Shown here: in pieces, positions 1 to 9,720 of the stretch
Layout of the letters: each line of letters starts with the position of its first letter
Numbering within the stretch: position 1 is the first letter of the stretch
Assembly (NCBI GenBank): GCA_037142615.1
Contig: JBAXAI010000001.1
Coordinates: forward strand, 352,001 to 416,000
From: Spirochaetales bacterium
GTDB taxonomy: Bacteria > Spirochaetota > Spirochaetia > JABEVK01
Direction of reading: 5' to 3'
Length of the DNA stretch: 64,000 nt
Notes under the pieces: generated by a model
The model's input: only the letters and a program-made list of their open reading frames with translations
Databases searched by the model: none
What the model was told of the DNA's origin: nothing
Program-made: the position numbers and the translations under genes

Positions 1-1
1 T

Positions 2-928
<927 letters not shown>

Positions 929-941
929 TTAAGGACGGAAA

Positions 942-1733
942 ATGGAAGCCACTTTCGAGAAACTGAGGAGCCTTCAGGAGATTCTTTTTGCCAAGTTCAG
1001 GTTGGAGAAGGAAATCAATGAAATCCCCAAAGCCCTTGTGACCAAGACGGAGGTGCTCAACCGGGCCAAGAAGTCGTTTATCGAAAAGAACGAAGCGGCT
1101 GAAGCCATGAAGGGCAAGGTTCGCCGGCTGAATATCGAGTTGTCGGACGCCACAAAGAAGCGCGAAGACTTCGAGAAACAGATGGATCTGATAAAGACCC
1201 AGAAAGAGTACGAAGCTCTCGACAAGGAAATCCGGGAAGCTACTGAAAAAGAACAGTCACTGCGCAAGGACATTGTCAAAGAAGAGAATGATCTTGAGGA
1301 GCTGCTGATTGGACTGGAAAAGCTCGAGAAGCAAATCAACCTCGATGAGCAAGAACTGAAGGAAGAAAGCGACAAAATTCAGGCGGAAGGTTCCTCCAAA
1401 AAGAACCGTCTGACCGAGTTGACTTCCGAAGAGAGAACAATCACTCCCGGAATGGATGAGGATATTCTTTTCAAGTTTGAGCGGATCATCAAGAGTAAAG
1501 AAGGCTTGGGCATCGTGCCTATCGTCAGCGGCGTTTGCTCTGGTTGCCATATCATTCTCCCGATGCAGTTTGTGAACGAGGTGCGGATGGAGAAGGAAGT
1601 CAAGTTCTGTCCCTATTGCAGCCGTATCCTCTATTTCCAGAGCGGCATGGATCCAGAGAAGAGGGACCAGATCGAAGCGGGGTCTCTTGCGGAACTGATT
1701 GAGGATGAAGAACCCAACGACGACGAAGAGTAA
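942..1733 (+). CDS. Coiled-coil protein with C4-type zinc ribbon (CT398/HP0958-like, DUF164)
   Basis: Long heptad-rich K/E coiled coil followed by CSGC...CPYCSRILY; SD AAGGA upstream. Confidence 0.88.
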   Translation: MEATFEKLRSLQEILFAKFRLEKEINEIPKALVTKTEVLNRAKKSFIEKNEAAEAMKGKVRRLNIELSDATKKREDFEKQMDLIKTQKEYEALDKEIREATEKEQSLRKDIVKEENDLEELLIGLEKLEKQINLDEQELKEESDKIQAEGSSKKNRLTELTSEERTITPGMDEDILFKFERIIKSKEGLGIVPIVSGVCSGCHIILPMQFVNEVRMEKEVKFCPYCSRILYFQSGMDPEKRDQIEAGSLAELIEDEEPNDDEE

Positions 1734-1740
1734 GGAGTCG

Positions 1741-2118
1741 AGCAGGCAGACTGGACCATCGCTGAGTTTGGCTCGACTTCGGGTCACGCGCAGAGGAAAG
1801 TCCGGGCTCCGGAGAACATGACGCCGGCTAACGACCGGGCGCCGTAAGGCGACAGACAGGGCCACAGAAAACAAACCGCCTGGAGGAAACTCTTGGTAAG
1901 GGTGAAAAGGTGGTGTAAGAGACCACCGCGGGCGTAGCAATGCGGCCGGCAGGGCAAACCTCGTCAGGAGCAAAATCAAGCAGCAACGGAATGGTTCGTT
2001 CAACGTTGCGGGTCGATTGCCTTCGAAAGAACCCGCAAGGGTACTTCGAGACAGATGATGGTTGGTCTTTTGGGGACTTCCCGATCGATACAGAACCCGG
2101 CTTATAGGTCTGCCTGTT
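1741..2118 (+). ncRNA. rnpB: RNase P RNA (bacterial type A)
   Basis: Universal motifs GAGGAAAGTCCGGGC (about 1793-1807) and ACAGAACCCGGCTTA (about 2090-2104). P1 helix AGCAGGCAGAC (1741-1751) pairs with GTCTGCCTGTT (2108-2118) and is followed by a T-run. Confidence 0.97.
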
Positions 2119-2123
2119 TTTTT

Positions 2124-3053
2124 ATGAAAAACTTTCCCACGAGCCGAAAACGAAAACCACTGTCGCTCCTGAGTCGTCTCCTCATAATTCTCGCGATCGT
2201 TTCCCTGCTTTCAGCAGGCGCATTTTTCGTGGTTTCCAGCTTAAGTTCCAAAGTCGCGGTTGGTCCGACACAAGTCAGTATCCTTGAACTCTGGAAGAAC
2301 GGTAGCTACGATGAAATCATAACCAATGGAAATGAGGAACTCAAGTCAGTCCCGATGGATGTTGGAACGCTGGTCTTTTCGGGGTTTGCATACTTCCACA
2401 AGGGTGTCGCGGAGATTTCGGTAGAGAAGAAACTCCCGCTGATCAATTCCTCCATCATTACGCTTCGCAAAGCTCTCCTCGTGCAGAATGTTCCTTTAGT
2501 TCCGCAGATTCACTACATCCTCGGCAAGGCATACTTCCACAAGGGAAAGTTCTACGCCGATCTGGCGATTGAACACTTGAAACAGGCCGAAGCCCTTGGC
2601 TACTCTGCCTCCGATATTAACGAGTACTTGGGATTGTCGTATTCTCTGGTCGCCCGTTACGAAGAGGCCTCCGCTGAGTTCCTTCAGGCGGTGCAAAGAT
2701 CCCCCTCCGACTTGCTCCTGTGGACTCTGGGCGAGACTTACTTCCAGATGCAGAAGATGGACAGCGCCATCCTCTACCTCGGGAGGGCGATCGAGAAGAC
2801 CAAGGACCGCGGCCTTGAACAGCGCTGTCATTTCCTTTTGGGAGACATCTACACCCGCCTCAAACAGTTTGATCAAGCTCAGGGGGAGTACAATACCATC
2901 CTTTCGCGGAACTCAAACTCAGCAGACGCCCATTTCTTTCTGGGTGAAATTGAGAATATGAAGGGGAACAAGGAGGCGGCCCGAACCGAGTGGCGAAAGG
3001 CTTTCAAGATCGATCCGCTGCACTTCAACGCCAACCAGAGGTTGTTCAACTAG
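2124..3053 (+). CDS. Membrane-anchored tetratricopeptide repeat protein
   Basis: Basic N-terminus, one TM helix and several TPRs (YILGKAYFHKG, YLGLSY, LGETYF, LGDIY, AHFFLGEI). ATG 2124 chosen because the ORF-track start at 2055 lies inside rnpB. Confidence 0.85.
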   Translation: MKNFPTSRKRKPLSLLSRLLIILAIVSLLSAGAFFVVSSLSSKVAVGPTQVSILELWKNGSYDEIITNGNEELKSVPMDVGTLVFSGFAYFHKGVAEISVEKKLPLINSSIITLRKALLVQNVPLVPQIHYILGKAYFHKGKFYADLAIEHLKQAEALGYSASDINEYLGLSYSLVARYEEASAEFLQAVQRSPSDLLLWTLGETYFQMQKMDSAILYLGRAIEKTKDRGLEQRCHFLLGDIYTRLKQFDQAQGEYNTILSRNSNSADAHFFLGEIENMKGNKEAARTEWRKAFKIDPLHFNANQRLFN

Positions 3054-3062
3054 GCTGATTTA

Positions 3063-3071
3063 TGCTATCTT
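3063..3071 (+). promoter_or_regulatory. Possible extended -10 promoter for mreB operon
   Basis: TGcTATCTT in the 41-bp intergenic gap upstream of the G-rich SD and mreB ATG. Confidence 0.35.
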
Positions 3072-3094
3072 TCCTGTGATTTTCTGGGGGGGAC

Positions 3095-4138
3095 ATGAGT
3101 ATTTTCAGCAACTTCTTTTCTTCATTTTCGTCGGACATAGGTATCGACCTGGGAACCTGCAATACCCTGATTTACCTCCGCGGAAAAGGTATCGTCATCA
3201 ACGAACCTTCTGTTGTCGCTGTGGAACGAGGCACCAAACGGGTTGTTGCAGTGGGCACGGAAGCCAAACATATGCTTTGGAAAACACCTGGTGAAATCAT
3301 TGCCATACGTCCCTTAAGAGACGGGGTGATCGCCGATCTGGAAACTACCGAGAAGATGATTCGCTACTTCATCCAGAAAGTACTCCCCAAGCGGTGGTTC
3401 GTGAGGCCAAGAATGGTCATAGGGGTTCCATCCTGCATTACCGAAGTCGAGCGCCGTGCCGTCGAAGAGTCGGCGTACAAAGCAGGCGCCCGTGAGGTGA
3501 AGATCATTGAGGAATCTCTTGCCGCGGCCATTGGGGCAGATATTCCTATCTTCGAGCCGGCTGGACACATGATCTGTGACATCGGAGGCGGGACGACGGA
3601 AATCTCGGTGATTTCGCTGGGAGGAATGGTTGTCACCAATGCCATACGCCTCGGGGGAGACGAGTTTGACGAGGCGATCATAAAACACGTGCGCAACGTA
3701 CACAACTTGATCATCGGCGAGCAGACGGCAGAGAAATTGAAGATCAGCATTGGCAATGCCGCACCCGACAAGACCATCGAAAAAATGGAAATCAAGGGTA
3801 CAGATGCCATTACAGGGCTGCCACGTCGACTAGAAATTGATTCCATAGAAGTCCGTGAAGCTCTCCAAGAGCCCATCAACGTGGTCATCGAAGAAGTGAA
3901 GAAGACACTCGGTCAGACACCTCCTGAATTGGCGGCCGATATCGTCGAACGGGGAATTGTGATGACTGGTGGAGGGTCTTTGCTCAAGGGTCTTCCCAAA
4001 CTCCTCGCAAAAGAGACGGGTGTACCCGTGTTCCTCGCCGAGAACGCACTCTATTGTGTCGCGTTGGGTGCAGGAATGTACTTTGACCAAGCCAAGCTCA
4101 ACAACAACAGAAGTCTATACAACAACCTGAACACATGA
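3095..4138 (+). CDS. mreB: Rod shape-determining protein MreB
   Basis: [29 protein letters not shown] and MTGGGSLL actin-like ATPase motifs. Confidence 0.98.
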   Translation: MSIFSNFFSSFSSDIGIDLGTCNTLIYLRGKGIVINEPSVVAVERGTKRVVAVGTEAKHMLWKTPGEIIAIRPLRDGVIADLETTEKMIRYFIQKVLPKRWFVRPRMVIGVPSCITEVERRAVEESAYKAGAREVKIIEESLAAAIGADIPIFEPAGHMICDIGGGTTEISVISLGGMVVTNAIRLGGDEFDEAIIKHVRNVHNLIIGEQTAEKLKISIGNAAPDKTIEKMEIKGTDAITGLPRRLEIDSIEVREALQEPINVVIEEVKKTLGQTPPELAADIVERGIVMTGGGSLLKGLPKLLAKETGVPVFLAENALYCVALGAGMYFDQAKLNNNRSLYNNLNT

Positions 4139-4989
4139 GTAAGTCGTCTCCTTTCCAGCAGTTGCTCCTCCGGTACCGCCGGGGGGCAGTTCTGGTCGGA
4201 TTGTTGCTTGCCTCATCCATCATGATCCTGTTCAACGGGACACCAGGAGTCTCCAGGCCTCAAGAGATCGGGCTAGCGGTATTTTCCTTCTTCCAGGGCA
4301 CTGTGTCCCAGACCTTACATTGGTTTGGCCAATCGGCAGATTCGGTTTCTTCTTTCGCAGACTTGAAATCGCGGTACGACCAAGCAAGCGACAGACTCAA
4401 AAAATACGAGGGGAATGAACGAGAACTGGTGCTGTTGCGATTGGAAAACCAGCGGCTGAAGTCCCAGTTGGATTTCCATGCCTCGCTGTCTTATTTCAAT
4501 GTTGCGGCCGAAGTCATCGGCAAAGACCCGACCCGTGTCTATTCGTCCATGGTGATTAACAAAGGTTACCTAGATGGCATCCGTATTGATCAGCCTGTTG
4601 TTGCCAACCAGAACGGAGTACCTGGACTGGTGGGAAAAATCGCAAGAGTAAGCTTGGCGTCGGCGATCGTTCAACCGGTGCTCGATGCTAATCTTTTCAT
4701 TTCGGCGCGAATGGAAAACTCCCGCAACGAAGGGTTAATTTCGGGGAAGGGGAGCAACGAGGAAGTTCTCGTCATGAACTTCGTCAAGAAAAGGGCGGCT
4801 GCGGACATCTTTGCTGGGGACCTCGTCGTCACCTCGGGATTGGAGTCGATCTATCCAGCAGAATTGCTGATAGGAAGGGTGAGGGGAGTCTCAAGCAAAG
4901 AGTATGAAACCAGTTTGAATATCGAGGTGGAGCCTGTTGTCGACTTCGCCAAGCTTGAGTACCTCTATGTCTTGAGGATGCAGTCATGA
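4135..4989 (+). CDS. mreC: Rod shape-determining protein MreC
   Basis: N-terminal TM, coiled coil [18 protein letters not shown] and [11 protein letters not shown] motifs; ATGA overlap with mreB. Confidence 0.95.
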   Translation: MSKSSPFQQLLLRYRRGAVLVGLLLASSIMILFNGTPGVSRPQEIGLAVFSFFQGTVSQTLHWFGQSADSVSSFADLKSRYDQASDRLKKYEGNERELVLLRLENQRLKSQLDFHASLSYFNVAAEVIGKDPTRVYSSMVINKGYLDGIRIDQPVVANQNGVPGLVGKIARVSLASAIVQPVLDANLFISARMENSRNEGLISGKGSNEEVLVMNFVKKRAAADIFAGDLVVTSGLESIYPAELLIGRVRGVSSKEYETSLNIEVEPVVDFAKLEYLYVLRMQS

Positions 4990-5498
4990 TCCGAGCAGGA
5001 CTTTGGGCAATACTCATACTCGCTGTTCTGCTCTTGCTTCAGACAACCCTCATGAACCTAGTCGTTGTGGCTGGAGTAAAACCCGACATTCTTTTGATTG
5101 TTTTTGTCGTCTTGGCGTCTCAGAACGGTGGTTTGGTCAGTCAACTGGTCGGATTCGTCTTGGGATTGGCTATCGACATCGTCACGACAGCTCCCCTTGG
5201 CTACAATGCCTTCCAGTTCGCGCTCGCCGGCTACCTCTTCGGGCTAGGAAGAGGAAAAGTCTACTATGACCCCTTCATCGTACCAGCCTTAATGGCAGTC
5301 CTGGCGACAGTGTATTCGTCGATCTGTGGCTACCTTGTGTCCCAGGTGTTTCAACTGGGGTTTCCTTTTCAGATGTACTTTCAAATCGGTTTCGTCGTTC
5401 AACTGCTTGTTAATCTGGTTGCGGCTCCGGTGACGTTCTTCCTGTTCAACTTCCTTAAGCAGCGCTTCCAGGATCCGAGGCGGGGCTTCGATGGGTGA
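4986..5498 (+). CDS. mreD: Rod shape-determining protein MreD
   Basis: Hydrophobic 170 aa with GVKPDILLI and GF.LGL..D motifs; lies between mreC and pbp2. Confidence 0.93.
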   Translation: MIRAGLWAILILAVLLLLQTTLMNLVVVAGVKPDILLIVFVVLASQNGGLVSQLVGFVLGLAIDIVTTAPLGYNAFQFALAGYLFGLGRGKVYYDPFIVPALMAVLATVYSSICGYLVSQVFQLGFPFQMYFQIGFVVQLLVNLVAAPVTFFLFNFLKQRFQDPRRGFDG

Positions 5499-7344
5499 CC
5501 GAGCAAGCGGCTCTCCCGACAACAAGACCCCCCGGCTTATTGCAATTGGGGTTCTCCTTTCCAGCTTCGTCCTCTTGTATCTCGTGCAGTTGTTTTCGAT
5601 GCAGATTATCAACAACGTCCGCTTCAGTCAGGATGCCACCCAGATATCTCAGAAGTCATTGCCCATTTCCGCCAAACGTGGTGAAATTTTTGACCGGTTC
5701 CATGACACGCCTCTTGTTCAAAATGTGGACTCTTTCCAAATCAGCTTTAACCCGGCAGAGGCGCCAGCCGAGCAGATTCCGCGCATTCTGTCGAGGCTCA
5801 GCGTGCTCCTCAAGGTGACTTTCTCGAGTCTCGACCAGAAAGTTCCAGCTAGTCTGTATTCGTCCTTCCAGAGCATCGAACTCAAGCGCGGAGTTGACTA
5901 TCCAACAGTTTCCCAGATAGCCGAGCACAAAGAGGATTTCGGTGGTGTCACTTGGGAAAGCAATCCCATCAGGAACTACCTCAATCTGGGCTCGCTTGCG
6001 CATGTGATCGGCTATGTCGGAAGCATCAACCAGGAAGAGCTTCAGGTTCTGTACAATCAGGGGTATGGGATGCGGAGCGTCATTGGCAAAAGTGGCATTG
6101 AAAAGAACTTTGATCTGGTGCTTCGCGGAAAGGAAGGGACGAGGTTCCGTACCGTCGATGTGAATGGGCGAAACGTCAGCAGCAATTCGAGCGATCAGAT
6201 CATTCCTGAGTCCGGGAAAGACCTTATCCTTACCATCGACCGCCGCATTCAGATCCTCGCCGAAAAGGCCCTCGGCCCTCGAAATGGTTCGGTCGTCGTT
6301 TTGCGCCCATCGACCGGCGAGATTCTCGCGATGGTCTCGTATCCCTATTTTGATCCAAACAAATTCTACACCGAGGAAGCCTCACAGGAGTTCACCCGCC
6401 TTCAAACGGACTCCACGTTTCCGCTCATGAATCGTAGTATCCAATCGGCTTATCCGCCTGGGTCCACTTTCAAGATCATCATGACGACAGCTATCCTCGG
6501 TGACAAGGTGCTCGACCCCAACCGAACCGTTGTATGCACTGGCTCTGTGGAAGTTGGTGACCGCGTATTCAAGTGCAATAAGCTCACAGGCCATGGTGTT
6601 GTCAATCTGGCTAAGGCGCTAGCCCAATCCTGCAACATCTACTTCTACAAGGCCGGACTCGAGAACCTCGGGATCGAGCGGATCGATGACTACTCCAACA
6701 AGTTCGGACTGGGTCAGCTCACCGGCGTCGATATTCCGGGCGAGATCGCAGGTCTGGTTCCGACGCGCAAGTGGAAGGAAAGGAACCTAAACTATCCATG
6801 GCTGGGCGGGGACACCGTGAATATTTCGATCGGGCAGGGGTACCTTCAGGTGACACCCATCCAGATGGCAAATGCCGTTGCGATGATCAGCAACATGGGA
6901 AGAGTTTACAGGCCCCACTTGGTGAAGTCCGTGCTCGACCCCCTCACCAAGAAAGTCGAGGAAACCCAGCCAGAGATCATCTCTGAGAATCCACTTACGC
7001 CAGAAATCTGGACTCAGGTCCAGAATAATATGCGGGGGGTCATCACCGAAGGGACTGCGGCTGTTGTCATTACAACCAAAGCGGTCAAGGTTGCGGGCAA
7101 GACGGGTACAGCCGAAGACGGCGGAAAAGGGTCGTCTAACCATTCCTGGTTTGTCGCCTACGCTCCTTGGGACGACCCCAATCCGGACAATCGGATTGTG
7201 TTGGCGGTACAAGTCGAAAAGACCAACGAGTGGGAATGGTGGGCGCCAAAAGCTGCTGATATGATTTTTCAGGGAATCTTCGCGAATCAGACGTACGAAG
7301 AGGCAATACAAACTCTCAAACCTTGGTACATCAGCTGGCAATGA
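5491..7344 (+). CDS. mrdA: Penicillin-binding protein 2 (class B transpeptidase)
   Basis: KRGEIFDR dimerisation motif; SxxK (PGSTFK), SxN (SCN) and KTG (KTGTAE). Confidence 0.96.
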   Translation: MGDRASGSPDNKTPRLIAIGVLLSSFVLLYLVQLFSMQIINNVRFSQDATQISQKSLPISAKRGEIFDRFHDTPLVQNVDSFQISFNPAEAPAEQIPRILSRLSVLLKVTFSSLDQKVPASLYSSFQSIELKRGVDYPTVSQIAEHKEDFGGVTWESNPIRNYLNLGSLAHVIGYVGSINQEELQVLYNQGYGMRSVIGKSGIEKNFDLVLRGKEGTRFRTVDVNGRNVSSNSSDQIIPESGKDLILTIDRRIQILAEKALGPRNGSVVVLRPSTGEILAMVSYPYFDPNKFYTEEASQEFTRLQTDSTFPLMNRSIQSAYPPGSTFKIIMTTAILGDKVLDPNRTVVCTGSVEVGDRVFKCNKLTGHGVVNLAKALAQSCNIYFYKAGLENLGIERIDDYSNKFGLGQLTGVDIPGEIAGLVPTRKWKERNLNYPWLGGDTVNISIGQGYLQVTPIQMANAVAMISNMGRVYRPHLVKSVLDPLTKKVEETQPEIISENPLTPEIWTQVQNNMRGVITEGTAAVVITTKAVKVAGKTGTAEDGGKGSSNHSWFVAYAPWDDPNPDNRIVLAVQVEKTNEWEWWAPKAADMIFQGIFANQTYEEAIQTLKPWYISWQ

Positions 7345-8660
7345 GCAACGAAACCACGCGGGCACCACTTCCAATCGACTCACTTCTGCTGATCTGCATT
7401 CTTGGGCTCATGACCATAGGTATCCTATTCATTTACTCGAGTGGCGTGAACTCCAGCGGGGTCCTCATCTCTTCGGAATACTTGAGGCAATTGCTATGGT
7501 CGGCACTGGCTCTTGCTGTTCTTGTTGTCTTCTCGTACTTCAACTACAACCTTCTCCGGGACTTCAGCCTCTGGATCTACCTTGTCTTTCTGATCCTCTT
7601 GGTTCTCACGCTGTTCTTTGGCAAAGTCGTGAATGGAGCCCGAGCCTGGCTCGGCATCTTCGGTCTTGGCGGACAGCCTTCAGAGTTCGCTAAGATCGCC
7701 ACGATTCTCTTCTTGGCGCGTTTTCTCGAATCGCGACGGGCAAAGATTGGCGATTGGAAGGTGTTTCTTCAGGCCTTTCTGATCGTTTCGATTCCGATGG
7801 TTCTCATCTTGCGCCAGCCGGACACCGGGACCACGCTGGTCTTCATACCCGTCTTCTTGCTGATGGTTTTCATGGCTGGTGGCAAGTTTCGACATCTCTT
7901 CTTTGTGGCAGCAACAGGTATCGCTTCGCTTGTTCTGGCGCTTGTACCCTTCGTCGAGACGATCATCTACCATGAATCCGATGGCATAGGCAGCCTCCTC
8001 GTCAACTGGAAAACCATGTTGGTCGTAGGGGGATTTCTGTTGACAATTCTCGGGGTGGCTGCCTATGGTTGGCTTCGGCTCAAGCGACGGGTCTTCTATT
8101 GGATACTGTTTCTCAGCTCCATTCTAGCCTTGGCTCTTGTGGTCTCAAGCGGCTTGAGGTTGGTTCTCAAAGAATACCAGATCATGCGATTCATCGTATT
8201 TCTTGATCCAAGCATCGACCCACGTGACTCTGGATGGAACCTCATACAATCGATTACCGCGATCGGATCAGGCGGTTTCTCTGGCAAAGGGTGGCTGGCT
8301 GGGACTCAGTCCCATCTCCGCTTCCTTCCGATGCAGAGTACCGACTTCATCTTTTCCGTGGTTGGAGAGGAATGGGGATTTCTAGGTGGACTGTTGGTCT
8401 TTGGACTATTTCTCGCAATCCTGTTCCGATTCCTGTTCATTATGCAGGCAATACGCGACCGGTATGGTGTCATTGTAATCTCCGGGTTTATTGGTGTTAT
8501 TTTTACCCACGTTTTCGTCAACGTAGGAATGACCGTAGGCATCATGCCCGTAACAGGGATTCCGCTGTACTTTCTGTCCTACGGTGGAAGTTCCTTGCTG
8601 GCCGCGTGCATGATGATGGGGATTGTGATGAACATTCACCATCGCCGGTTCATGTTCTGA
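7341..8660 (+). CDS. rodA: Rod shape-determining SEDS glycosyltransferase RodA
   Basis: GA.AW, QPSEFAK, QPDTGT, AIGSGG..GKG, TDFIFS and P.TGIPL.FLSYGGSS; ATGA overlap with mrdA at 7341-7344. Confidence 0.96.
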   Translation: MSNETTRAPLPIDSLLLICILGLMTIGILFIYSSGVNSSGVLISSEYLRQLLWSALALAVLVVFSYFNYNLLRDFSLWIYLVFLILLVLTLFFGKVVNGARAWLGIFGLGGQPSEFAKIATILFLARFLESRRAKIGDWKVFLQAFLIVSIPMVLILRQPDTGTTLVFIPVFLLMVFMAGGKFRHLFFVAATGIASLVLALVPFVETIIYHESDGIGSLLVNWKTMLVVGGFLLTILGVAAYGWLRLKRRVFYWILFLSSILALALVVSSGLRLVLKEYQIMRFIVFLDPSIDPRDSGWNLIQSITAIGSGGFSGKGWLAGTQSHLRFLPMQSTDFIFSVVGEEWGFLGGLLVFGLFLAILFRFLFIMQAIRDRYGVIVISGFIGVIFTHVFVNVGMTVGIMPVTGIPLYFLSYGGSSLLAACMMMGIVMNIHHRRFMF

Positions 8661-8716
8661 GCGCAAGGTTTACCCTCTGTCGGTATGAGTAGACCAAATA
8701 TTCATTATACGAACTT

Positions 8717-9001
8717 CTATTCGCGATTTCGGTTCAGCAGGCGGTATACCAAGACGCAGAAAATCGAGCTCACTACCGGAATTACATACTGAAGGATGAT
8801 CTGAGCCATCAAGGGAGCTTGCCAGAGGCTCCGGAGCCACACTTCAACCATTGTACCTAGAAACGCACCAAGGACACTGAGCGCCAAGTCCAGGTAGATG
8901 ATGCGTGAACCCCGAGAAGAAAAGAAACGCTGAAAAAGGACCGCTACAAGGAAGCCCGTCAAGAGCAATTGAACGGTCAGCGTGAACATGTTGTAGATCA
9001 C
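8717..9001 (-). CDS. Small 3-TM membrane protein (possibly GlsB/YeaQ/YmgE-like)
   Basis: 94 aa with three hydrophobic segments and a LSVLGAFLG motif; GTGA overlap with the upstream gene. Confidence 0.65.
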   Translation of the reverse strand: MIYNMFTLTVQLLLTGFLVAVLFQRFFSSRGSRIIYLDLALSVLGAFLGTMVEVWLRSLWQAPLMAQIILQYVIPVVSSIFCVLVYRLLNRNRE

Positions 9002-9720
9002 GATCGGACCATGATTCCCGAAATGATTCCCCAGGGAACAGGAGTACTGTAGTACTGAACGAAGGTTTCGCGGGACTCTGCGTAGGCAACGATAAAGAAC
9101 TCGATCTCAAAGGACTTGGTAGCCGTAGTGACACTGGCGGAATCCATGTCCGAATCTGGTATCAATGTGACTGCGTTCGCCAGGTCAGAGAAATTTGCGC
9201 TAATCCGTACCTCATTGGGAGTACTTAGGCTTCGGACCAAAACGATCTCCGTCAACTTTGTGCCCGTGGCCGAAACAATGCTCGCGGTTGGTTCGTCTAC
9301 TGTTCCCGTGGCGAACTTCAGCGAAGCTAGAAATGCGCTGAAGTCAAGCACTACCGTCTGTTTGGAGGTTGTGTTGAGATCCATAGGCAACAGCGGATGA
9401 ATCAACGTCGCCGAACTCAACCTCTTGTATCCAAGGGAAGTGAGTGTTTCGATTTTTGGTGTGGTGCTGACCACGCCTGCATCGCGGGCAAGATTCGTCG
9501 TTGCGTTTAGCTGATCTGGATAGATCTTGTAATATACTTCGTAACCCAAGAAGTCACTCCCTCCATAGGTACCCGGGTCGTGAGTAAGGGAGAGTCGGGT
9601 GTAGTCGGACTGTTGCTGATAGGTAACGGTCAGTACCGGTGCGTCGAGGCTTTGGTAGGTCTCAAGTCCACACGACCAAAGTAGCACAGCAAGAACGGTT
9701 CCTGCGACCCTCCAAATCAT
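8998..9720 (-). CDS. Hypothetical lipoprotein
   Basis: Signal peptide with spirochaetal-type lipobox LLWS-C; FLGYEVYYKIY beta-rich motif; ATGA overlap with the cyclase stop. Confidence 0.8.
   Translation of the reverse strand: MIWRVAGTVLAVLLWSCGLETYQSLDAPVLTVTYQQQSDYTRLSLTHDPGTYGGSDFLGYEVYYKIYPDQLNATTNLARDAGVVSTTPKIETLTSLGYKRLSSATLIHPLLPMDLNTTSKQTVVLDFSAFLASLKFATGTVDEPTASIVSATGTKLTEIVLVRSLSTPNEVRISANFSDLANAVTLIPDSDMDSASVTTATKSFEIEFFIVAYAESRETFVQYYSTPVPWGIISGIMVRS

Noticed and set aside
1257-2003. 248-aa minus-strand ORF over rnpB
   Set aside because: Reverse complement of RNase P RNA and the Zn-ribbon gene; a typical spurious call.
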